64,000 nucleotides of DNA from Haplodiscus bocki (lineage: Eukaryota), in NCBI GenBank assembly GCA_965655095.1, contig OZ296650.1, positions 44,826,001-44,890,000 on the forward strand, read 5' to 3'. The position numbers and the translations under genes are program-made. Every line of letters starts with the position of its first letter. Within the stretch, counting starts at the first letter, position 1. Below the pieces are notes generated by a model. That model was not told the origin of the DNA and did not search any database. It saw nothing but the letters and a program-made list of their open reading frames with translations. Of the stretch, positions 51,567-61,775 are shown piece by piece.

Positions 51567-51622
51567 CGAATGTTGGGATCAAAAAAAACAGTCGACTTCC
51601 ACTGTGGGCTGTTAGGAATTCT

Positions 51623-51874
51623 TCAGTTTGTTAGCGAAGTGGCTGTGCAACTGGATGCCACGTGATCTAATTGTATGCGCACGAGGACTAATCCTATCAC
51701 TATCAAAAAGAGGAGTGCTAGTACACAGAATGCGAAAAGCGCCCAAAGAAAAACAGAGCTGCTATCGTAGCGTAGTCTCCTGGAGTCGCTCCGTGAATAA
51801 CGGGGTGGGGGGTCAACGGGGTGGTTTGGGTTGAAAAAGTACAGGGGTAATTGATTAGTGTGGTTAGAGAACAT
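51623..51874 (-). CDS. Leader ORF 1: 83-aa single-pass membrane protein with PPxY motif
   Basis: ATG-initiated ORF between PBS and gag. DPPPRY is followed by a ~24-aa hydrophobic stretch VFLWALFAFCVLALLFLIVIGLVLV. Confidence 0.6.
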   Translation of the reverse strand: MFSNHTNQLPLYFFNPNHPVDPPPRYSRSDSRRLRYDSSSVFLWALFAFCVLALLFLIVIGLVLVRIQLDHVASSCTATSLTN

Positions 51875-52251
51875 TTAGATAATTTTGAAGAAGGAAAAAA
51901 TTTCTCTGGAAACAGGTCATTTTAATAAAAATTTGCGTTATTTATGAAATCAGTTGGAGAAAACAAGCTAAAGTTAGTATTGGAGGTTATCTACAAGTTA
52001 ATCATTTAAGGAAGAACTAAACTAACCGTTCTAAAGAGTGGTTCGTTTTACAAAATTCCAATTTCCTAATTGCCCGTGCTCATTTCAATTTTCCTACCTA
52101 TGGGCCTTAGCTGCCGTCTACGGTGGTTTTCGCTAGTAGAGCACAAACTAGCGTTAGCGCGGGACAAGTCCCGGGAAAGAGATCTTAAGGCAGTTTTTGG
52201 AAAGCTATGATCACGCTAGGTTAAGAAATTTTATCCTAATTTGCTTAAAAC

Positions 52252-52270
52252 AATCCCACTCCTGTCACCA
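52252..52270 (-). promoter_or_regulatory. Primer-binding site, probably tRNA-Leu
   Basis: TGGTGACAGGAGTGGGATT lies 1 nt after the 5' LTR. It is complementary to a tRNA 3' end AAUCCCACUCCUGUCACCA, 18/19 identical to the animal tRNA-Leu(CAG) 3' end (…AATCCCACTCCTGACACCA). Confidence 0.85.
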
Positions 52271-52271
52271 A

Positions 52272-52980
52272 TTTAACAACCGTAATTTTATTGGAAAATT
52301 GGCAGCAAGAGTTTAGAGTTCTCATTTCTTTCAATATTTCGGATGCGAGGACGGTTGTTTGTGTTAGGTACTCTTTGGGATTGTTCTAAGAGAAAAATCT
52401 AGTTTTTGCTTTAAGACTGAATTTAACTTTAATATTTTAACACAGTTCACTTACATTAATGATGATCAGAAGAATAGCAAAGTGTCCAGAGTTTTTCTTT
52501 CTTTTTTTCTTCTTTTTCAAGCAGCTTCTTCTCGTTTCGCTTCTGTGTTCCAATGATCGCTGATTTTTCTTTTTGTTGCTTTTTTTCTTGTTTCGAATTC
52601 ACGATTATTCAAGTTTTTAAACAGGATAACAATTAACAGCAGAATGTTGGAGGATTCATGTTTTTAAGATAATTTACAAGTTTAGATTAACATGAAACTT
52701 TATAAATTGAGGCCTGGTTATAAGTTTAGATGCGTATGAAAATCAACAAGTTAGGACTGGAATATAAGGTAACATATGAAAATGATAGTTTATGATAAGA
52801 TATTTTGCCACTTCAAGTGTGAGTTTACTTTGCTAATTGAATACAAACTGAAACATGATTGTTTTAAAAGAGGCCTGTTTATGGGGCTGGGGGACGAAAG
52901 ATGAAAATATTAATCTCAAGTGGATGACAAGTATTTGCTTGCAAGAGTTGTTCGTACAGGTTCATACAGGGGCCGCTACA
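52272..52980 (-). repeat. 5' LTR (709 bp)
   Basis: Direct repeat of 40233-40941. Reads TGTAGCGGCC...GTTGTTAAA on the minus strand. Candidate TATAAA 52704-52699, AATAAA 52292-52287; followed by the PBS. Confidence 0.96.
52449..52457 (-). promoter_or_regulatory. Putative major splice donor AAT|GTAAGT inside the 5' LTR
   Basis: Perfect GTAAGT donor at 52454, preceded by AT. Joining it to the G that follows the acceptors at 44852 or 42075 creates an in-frame ATG for env and for the J-domain ORF. Confidence 0.7.
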
Positions 52981-54376
52981 GAATAAAAAATTCGGAGCTA
53001 TGAGATTCAATTTTCAATTCGGAGTTATGTATGATACCAAAATACAAATTCGGAGTTATGATACCAAAATAATAAATTCGGAGTTATGATACCAAGATAA
53101 TAAATTCGGAGCTAAGAATAGCCACCTCATAAAACGGAATGAACGAACGATGAATATGATTATGAACGAAATAATATCCGGTTCATAAAACGAATGAGCC
53201 GGATAACACAAATAAAAACTTAGCTTGCTGTATTTAGTTTAATTTCAACGCCTCTGATTGGTTCATTAGTTTGCGGATTGAATTTGATTTAAATCGAGAA
53301 GGAATTATTGCACCGCTGAGCGGTGCTGAAATGTTACTACGGCGAGCTCGCTGTGATTGGTCGAACGGTCCACAGCTCACTCGATAATAATTTTAATTAT
53401 TACAGTTGAAATTAATATTTCAACTGGGACCCTGGACCCAGTTGACCCATGCTTAGATTTTGAATGGGTTGACCCAATGACCCTGGACCCTTTTTCATCT
53501 CTGTGCAGATACATTCGGAAACTTTGTAGAAACAGCTACTAGACTAAAAAATGAAATTTTCAATTTATTACAGCTCATCCGTTTATACCCGGAAAGCTGC
53601 TTCAAATTTAGTATTCAGATTCAAAAATAGATTTTCTCAGGAATAAAGATGTTACTCTTTTTAGAGAATAACACTAGAGGTGGGGGGTCAGTAGTTTTAT
53701 GGGTGCTCGTTATTTACAACGTGAGAATGAAAATAAGTTGATCTACATTGAAGGTAATAATAAATGAGTCAATATCTTCCAACAGGAGACTTTGTAAGAG
53801 TTCCATAAATCTATGAGAATGATGAGGGAAGGAGAAATTGAACTTATTCCATGGGACAGTATATACGCCGGATGATAATCCAAGTCGGTCAACGTGACTT
53901 TTTTAGCCACCTGGATCAAAAAAAAAACCGAAAAATTTTCATTTTGTCTAGAAAACAAAACATTTCCCCAACTATTCAGAGAATATACAAACCGGGAAAA
54001 TAGAAAAAATATGAACCAACTTCGATGTTGATCTATGATTAGATGGTTAAGATTAAACATAAGCTAGAAGAAAGAATGCATTCATTTTGAAGAAAAAATC
54101 ATAATTATCAAGGAATGATAGTTACAAAGATTGTTCGAAGATGCTGAAGATCAGCATGGTTACAAAAATGAAGACAGCGTTTTTACAGAAATTAGGTCGA
54201 ACGCAAAAAACTCAAGTTTTGAAGAAGATCTACAAAAACTAGAAGAAGTCATATTGTGGAAAGACAAAGCAGATGGCTAGAGATAGAGTAGCGATCGCGT
54301 CCACTTAGGTTTTAGTCCCAATAACGACATATCGCAGACTATTGAGATGCAGTCTTAATTATTATTCGACGGTATC

Positions 54377-55315
54377 CAGGGGTGCGTAAAAAATAATTTA
54401 TTTATAAATTATTGTCAATAAATAAAATAAAATAATTTATTTACAGTGAAAAACAATACAAATAATTTATTGTTTTGGTGACAATTATTTTTTTTCGGGG
54501 AATTTCAACACGCTTGCGCTGCAACACTACTTGCAGGATCTACGTATTACATGTAACCGGGAGAGCTGCGGCTGCGTGTTTGCGGTTAAAATTCTTTTGT
54601 TTACATGTAAGTTATTTAATCCGCCTAATTGCCACGAGTCAGTGAGTCAGTCTGCGTGCGTTCACATTACAGTGCACTTGAGAAAGAGTATGCCTTTCAC
54701 TAACAAATTGTTGAATTTTACTTCAAAACACAAACTGATGGATCGTTTAAGTGCCGATGCGGCAAATTGCGCAACCGTCTTTAGAATATTTTCTTGGATT
54801 GTCGAGCAACTCAGTATCCGAGTTTCAAGAATTCGAACGAGCCCTTTTAAAAAAACAAGAAGGCAAAGAATTGTGCGACCTTGAACAAAGCTTCATACGC
54901 AGTTTTTACGTAGAAGAAACAGTGGAGGGGCGTTCGCCATCTACTGAGAGCGTTTCTTTTGCTGATCGAATTTTAGCTTCAAAAAGACCGAAACTTGAAT
55001 TATCTCTCAAGTGGATACCAGCTACATCAGACATTGCTGAGCAGCTTTTCAGCTCTGCACGCCACATTTTTTCCGATAACCGCAAAAAAATGACACCTGT
55101 CAATTTGGAGGCAATCTTGTTCCTGAAAGCGAATAAGAAGCTATGGGACGCACAAGTGGTAAAACAGGCGACTGAAAAAATTTCCGAAGATCAACAATAA
55201 TTTTTTTTCACAAAAATTCTTGATTAATCACAATAATTTATTGTTTCGTTTCAACAATAAAAATAATTTATTGTGGAGCCACAATAATATTGCAATACAA
55301 TATTACGCACCCCTG
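54377..55315 (+). mobile_element. Internally deleted hAT element retaining the C-terminal dimerisation domain
   Basis: 13-bp TIR CAGGGGTGCGTAA; perfect 8-bp TSD ACGGTATC (54369-54376 / 55316-55323). ORF 54751-55200 ends IPATSDIAEQLFSSARHIFSDNRKKMTPVNLEAILFLKAN (hATC). Confidence 0.9.
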
Positions 55316-56489
55316 ACGGTATCCAATCCCAATATTGCACGTGTTTAGAAAGAAAAAACAACTTGCCGACTGCACTATTTTTGCTACACAGTAGCGGAAT
55401 TAAGTAGATTACTAATGTATGGATTCTATTACAACAAATGGCAACCTTATTGGTTTTAAAACAATGTCCCTATAAAAAAACCTGCTTTAAATAGGCATTT
55501 CTATTATTTCAACCATGACTTTGAAATTGTTGAAATGGATAAAATGATAGCTTAGTTGATCCAGTAAAAAAAGTGAAGTGTAAAATGAAATAAAAATATC
55601 GCCTGCGATACAAATTGATAAATTATTAGCATGCAGATTAAAAATTTATAAAGAAAAAAAGGCAAAGGGCATTCAGAAAGCTCCGGCAATTAATACTCAA
55701 TTGATTCATTATTAAACATTTCAACAACAGTTTTTGACAACTGTCCTAAGCGTCCTGATAATCAGAAATTGCTGGTTAAAAGGCAGAGTAAAATGGAAGT
55801 TAATCCATTTGATGACAAACTGAGTGAAGTCATTGCTGTGTGAGAGACATATCCAACAAGAAAAGTGCCCATGTAATCTCCCATAATATAATCCAATAAA
55901 TTTTATATAAAAATTTATTGGATAATATCATCAGCAATTTCTCAATTATAATTTCGATCCAATATTCAATTGTAGAGCATAAAGAAAAATTCAAATCAAC
56001 AAAAACTACAAAAACTATGAGAATTAGTATCACGAACTTCCAAAACAAAGCTTCATACAAAGTCGAACTGCTGTTGACCATCATGAACTGATCGATTAGT
56101 TAGAACCACAGCACGATCTGCACAGATAACTCTACAAAACTTTACTTTATTTTTTGGTTGGAATGCTTTATGTTCTTTTAATTTACATATTTCGAGAACA
56201 TAGAAGTTGCAAGCAGCTTTAAATGAATCTAAATCGATTTAAGAAATAATTAATTCATTTCGTGCGTGGTTGAAAACAAATTTCTTATCCCACAGTATGA
56301 TTCATGATATTTGTCCCTCCTATAATCACAGGTTATCTCTTTTCTGGGTAAAACTCTGAAACTGTCTTACAAACAGCAGAAGTTACAGGGACTCTCGAAA
56401 AACGAATTATCCTGAGTTTGGATATAAAACTTATCTTCAAGCATAAACAAAAATATTACCGAGGTTGGAACACTACAGCCACTTTCTGT

Positions 56490-59400
56490 ATGAATGAATG
56501 AACGAATGAATAATTTGACATATTTTTTGTTGCCCGAGGGCGTACAAACAACAATTTAAAAATTTACATCAACATCAGTAATAGAGCACTGAGTGACAAT
56601 AAAATGCAAAAATAAAGCAAGATTTTGCAATAAGTTTTCATCAATCACATTCATCAGCTGGCCATACTTGATGTCTTTTGGGTAAGTATTGTAGTGTTTA
56701 GGCAACAGTTCTTTCCGCTTTTAATTGAAACTTTCACATTCCAATGACAAATGATACTCATCCGGTGTACATCGGGTCTCACAGAAGGGGCAATATTCGA
56801 CTGGACAATTTAGAAATGTTAATTTTACAGTCGGTAAAGCAAATCAAGGACACCTAAAGTTCGCTAATTTTACTTTGTGTGATCCTAACAGACTTTCCAA
56901 AAAGGATTCAAAATCAAGTCGATGTTCATATAGACGGTAGTTATCGCACAGAGAGTTGGTTTGAAGCATAGTCTGCCATGACTGAAATGCTCAATCTTGA
57001 CATTGAACCCAGAATCGGATACTGAAGAGGCGTATTCTTCTGCCATCGGAAATCCAAAATTTATCAGAATCTGTTTCATTGCTAAATGCCAGACTTCATA
57101 TTTATAATTTAACCAACGAAAAACAATACATGACAGCTTATCATTTGATTTATTGAGTTTTTTCCAGAAAAACATCATTCCTTTCCATACAGTAAACTTA
57201 AGTTCATGAGGGCCGGATTCTCCGTACACCATAACCGTTGGGCGCGCTTTAACGTATTTTCAGCAACCGCCTCAAAAAAGTTCTGTGAGAAACTTCAATT
57301 TGTTCCTTGTTCTCATTAGCCCAAAGTTCATACCATACAACAGAATTGATAAAATCAGGTTGTCGAAGAGATGGAGCCTGGTTTTCACTTGAAGATCCAC
57401 TCTACTCAACAGAATTTCGATTTTGGAAAGAGCCTTTTTCGCCTTATCAATAATATGCTTCTTTGCGGCTTGAGAAGTAATATTATATCTAAAAACAATC
57501 CATAGGTAACAAAATGTGTCCACTCCCTCAATTAGTTGGCCACACGCAGTGATTGCTTCATATCACCGAATTTTACCTCATGAACATATCAAGTATTTAG
57601 TTTTACCAATATTTATACTCATAGTCTTCTCGCAGTAGCTTAATGCTCCATTAACAGCGTTTCGCATATCTTTTGCAGTTTCATTGAAAAGTAAGGTGTC
57701 ATCAGCATACAAAAGCACGTAGAGCTTTAAAAATACTTGCACATTCATGTCATCATAATTGAGACTTATACCAGTGAACTTTGAGCTAACATACTTCCGG
57801 AAATTGTTCATGAAAATTATGAAAAGCACAGGCGAGAGGTTATCACCCCGTCTAACTCTTACGCGGCAGTCAACAACATCTGTTAGGGATCCACTGACAT
57901 CAACACAAGCTTTCGTTTTCCGGTAAATATTTTCGATCAGTGAAAAGATTTTTCCATTATTATCATACTAGCTAAGTATTTTCCATAGAAGGGAGCGATC
58001 AGCTCCGTCAAAAGCTTTCTCATAGTCAACGAACGTCACGAATAGTCTTTTCTTTTCAGCTAGATATCTCAAAATTATAGCGTATAAGACCAAAGCGTGA
58101 TCACAAGAACTCACATTTTTCCTGAATCCAGCTTGTTCCTGTCCTAGAAGCTTTCTATTTCCCAACTCTTTTTGAATCCTTTCAGTGACAAGACAAGTGA
58201 AAAGCTTACACAAGCAACTGGCACGGGAGATACCCCTGTAAATATTTGGATTTTTCTTATCTCTTTTCTCATAAAGGGGGCGATATATGGAAAGGGCCCG
58301 GTCATCCGGTACAACTCCACTCTCCAGTATCTTGTTGGAAAAACGTGTTATCAAAGTAATCACACATTCATTGGCATATTTTAGAAATTCTGGAAAACCA
58401 TCATCATGACCAGCTGACTTACCGTTCTGGATATTCCTCAGAAAAGAAATGACTTCTTCAAGCGAAAAGTTTGGACTACAATTAAGGTTCTCAACTGTTT
58501 CGCACGAAAAGTTTTCGCTATTATGGCGGTGAGGGCTCGTGGTACTGTTGAGATTTTCGAAATGTTCAAAAAGTACAGATTTTGCTACTAGTATTTTTCC
58601 TTGCTCTTGGTAGAAGCTTTTCAGTAGATTCCAATTATCCTCGGGATCTTTTAGCTTTTTACTTCGGAATTCGGTAATAAATCTCTCAGAGGGAAAAAGT
58701 TTCGTTTCAAAAAATTTTTATTGATCTTGAAGGCTGATTTACGCTCCTCGTCGTTATTTTCCCTCAAAACCTTCCTGAGTTTACGGTGATAAAATGTTCG
58801 TTGCGCTTGACATTCACAAGCAAACAACGATTTTGCTTTCCTTTCACTCCTCTTCACCTCATGCAACGCACCAGTTTTGGTTGCAGCATCTTCAATGGCC
58901 TGGACTATTGTGGAATTCATTTCATTCAGAGTTTCCGACGAATTTGGTTCAATTTGCAAGATATTTTCAATTTCCGTCAGTTATTCAAAGTTCATTTCCG
59001 AGCTGTAAAGTTCTTTTAGTTCCCGATTCCATTTTCTTCGTAGTTTTGGTACCGCCGCTGCATCGTCCAACGAAACTTCTGTCGACGCAACTAATTCTAT
59101 TACAACAGTACAATGCACATCAGATAAACAATCATCGAAATTCCAAACAATTAGATCCTTCATTAAATTCAAAGACGAGCTATCTATGAAGTAATCAATA
59201 AGACTTTTGCCAATGTGAGTTACACAAGTGAAATCTCTGATCCTATCCTTCCGTTAACGATACTCACTTCTATTGTTTTAGCCAAGTCAAGCAGGAAACG
59301 CCCATTCGTGTTGGTGATTTTATCCCGATTACTCCTATAAGGAATGTCATATTGCTCGTCGTCGAAATCAACGAAATCGTCACTCACCCCAGTATGTGCA

Positions 59401-60990
59401 TTCAAATCGCCTAACAAATTCATATTTGAGTCAATTTTTTTGAAATTCAAAACATCATTCTGAATTTTTTCAAAAATTCCAACATCACAGTGCCTCGAGC
59501 GTTCACCAGGAACATAGTATATTCCAAATCACTAGTCAATAGCCTCTAGTTGTACTTTGAGCCAGAGTGCTAAATCAATTTCAGTGAATTGGTAGTTCAG
59601 CGATTTACGCACTACGGAAGCTAGTCCACTATATCCTTTCAAGATCAATTTGTCGTTTCCTGTGAGAACTTCATGCGTGTCTATGTTGAGATCAAATGCA
59701 TTGGAAAGTGTTTCAGTAAGTCCTATTATATCATGACCATTGACTACGTGTTGGAATTCGTGCATGCTGAGTTTGCTTCTAATACCACGGACGATCAGAA
59801 GAGCTCTAGGTTTTTTTCTGGAGTTCAAGCTTTATTTATTCGAATCTAGTTGCTAATCTTTACAAACTTTTTTCAGATGGGTAGATTGCCATCCCAGTTT
59901 GGTTCTCAGTTCTCTCAAAGCGTTAATTAATCCATTCTCTTGTCCTCGCTGGAACAGAAGTCGACACTCGTAGGTAGTGACTTTATAATAATCTTCATCT
60001 TTCATCCAGTAAAGGGCTCCGGTCCTCTCTTTTGTTCGTTAATCGCGGACAAAGACGCAGTGATTTTCCGAAAATTTCAGGCGGTGCTTCGATTCGTAAA
60101 TCAGGTTCTTAGTGTTTCAGCTAGTGAATTTTGCTATTATGGGTCTGGGTTCATCTGATCTTCGGTTGCGCGCGTGGAGACGATGGCTGACAGAGACATC
60201 ATCGTGCGTAATCGTCACTCCCAGTGCACAGGCAGTTTCAGTTATTTTGTCGACGCAGTCTTCACCTTCACATTCTGTTAGACCAAAGAACAACAAGCAA
60301 TCCCGTCTGTTGTTTTTCTCAATCGCCTCTAATAAGCACTCAGTTGAGAAGCGTGGTACTGACTCTTTTTGTGCGCTAGTAACAGGGTCTGTCTGGGACG
60401 CTAGGGAGAGCTACGCTTGACATCTTTTCTTTCAAGACCGAATCAAGTTTTGCTGACAGAAAATCCGTATGGTCGCGGTTCTTAAGTGCATCGATTTCAC
60501 TTTGCAACTGTAGATTTGCCTCCGTCAATCTGTCGGTGTTTGCTTCTCCTCGCAATAAGCTTTCGGCAGAGCAGCCGGTATCAGACTCCTGGGTGCCTTC
60601 AAGGACTCCCTGACTGGTTTTGAGATCTTCAATTGACTGGGATATACTTGTCAGTTCCAATTGGATGGTGTCGTGCCGCTCACTGAAGGAAGTGAGCTTC
60701 CCGTTGATACTCCCGAGGTTAGTTTCGAAGCAGGTATACACTTTGGCAAGCTGATCTTCAATGTTTTTGACGATAGCTTCTTGAACACTTCCATTCAGTG
60801 ACGGGAAAATAGCTTCTGCCAGTTCTCCGCGATTGAGACCTGACATCGCAAGAGCGTTGTTGGTTGACGTTGATTTGCGGGGAGCGGTTTTCGTAACATA
60901 AGGTGACTTTTTTTGACTTCGTGATCTCAACATTCTGTCCGACGGCATTGACTAAATTGAGTTTCCTAACACGGTAGGCCAGCAAGAAAA
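56490..60990 (-). mobile_element. Decayed near-full-length APE-type LINE (CR1/L2/RTEX group)
   Basis: ORF1 is coiled coil then RRDCLLFFGLTE...HRL...PRPIIAKF (60948 to ~59850). ORF2 has APE motifs (IIGLTET, GDLNAHTG, NGR), RT motifs (YRGIS, QAGFR, FVDYEKAFD, LLYADD), VYGESG and a C-terminal CPFC...DEYH...C, all broken. GCCC-TC-GGGC hairpin and (TTCA)n tail near 56490-56540. 5' boundary uncertain. Confidence 0.85.
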
Positions 60991-61078
60991 TAATCTCCGA
61001 AGGCCAGACCGTATCAGAAAAAAAACAACACACGAGCACATAAAATACAAAAGATCGAACTCCTAATTTATGGAGTCC

Positions 61079-61775
61079 TTACCCGTTGTCTCGGTCACCT
61101 TTTTTTTGGGATACTCGAGTCTTTTTTGCTCTTGTATTCCGCGTTAAACTTTTCAGCGCAGCACCGTTCTTGAAAACAGTGTTGAAAGACTTCAGTTCTA
61201 AGAGGAAACTCTGGTGGATAGCTGAATACTTGAATCCAAGAACTTTGTCCCTCTGCTTCGCTTGGAGACCACGTTCTTTTTCAGGCTGCTGACAAGAATG
61301 CCTGCACTTTCAATTTTGTGATATTCGTCAGGAGTCCCCAGCCGTTGGGAATATACAATTGTGCCGACTTTATTTCTGAACGTTTTCAAAATTTCAACTA
61401 ACGTTGGACTTGAAATCGCTAGTGTTTTATTGAAAGGATGCTCCGAGAGTATATTATTGATTACATCATGCCAAATCACGAGATTTTTCACATTTGGAAA
61501 GTTTTCCAGTTAAAAGATTCTGGAGGCTTTTGAGGTAGTCATGCTAGGTGCCATCTGATTGTTGTTTTAAACTCAGTCCAGGTATTGCAGTTAACAACCG
61601 GTGAGTAGGACTTTGTGTGTTGGTAATTCAATGATTTCAAAGCCTGTGATAGAGAGCTGGCAGCCACCACGTGAATCATAGGGGTATCAGCTGCAGATGG
61701 AATATTACAGAGCTTTCGTTGTTTGATCCCTTCCGCCAAATGAAGACCTGTCCGATACCGCTTAGTGCTCGTCAC
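61079..61775 (-). pseudogene. Frameshifted ORF with SGNH/esterase-like motif spacing upstream of LINE ORF1
   Basis: Joined frames read HVVAASSL...AIPGLSL...NLVIWHDVINN...Y..IHQ...LELK, reminiscent of SGNH blocks I, II, III and V. Weak similarity. Confidence 0.35.

Larger units (their letters stand above)
40233..52980 (-). mobile_element. Full-length env-bearing Ty3/Gypsy (Metaviridae, errantivirus-like) LTR retroelement, 12,748 bp
   Basis: Two 709-bp LTRs, 4-bp TSD GAAT (40229-40232 / 52981-52984), PBS and PPT. Intact gag, pol (PR-RT-RH-macro-IN order) and env, plus extra ORFs. Confidence 0.97.
38552..53126 (+). mobile_element. MULE (Mutator-like) DNA transposon, ~1.8 kb once the Gypsy insert is removed
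   Basis: Perfect 9-bp TSD TCATAAAAC (38543-38551 / 53127-53135). Imperfect TIRs GGT...TAGCTCCGAA; subterminal AATTCGGAGYTA repeats at 52989-53113. Confidence 0.88.
38001..53503 (-). mobile_element. Internally deleted hAT element (outer layer of the nest)
   Basis: 11-bp TIR CAGAGATGAAA / TTTCATCTCTG; 8-bp TSD TGCAGACA (37993-38000) vs TGCAGATA (53504-53511). GACCC(TGGACCC) subterminal repeats at both ends; carries a BED-finger fragment. Confidence 0.85.
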
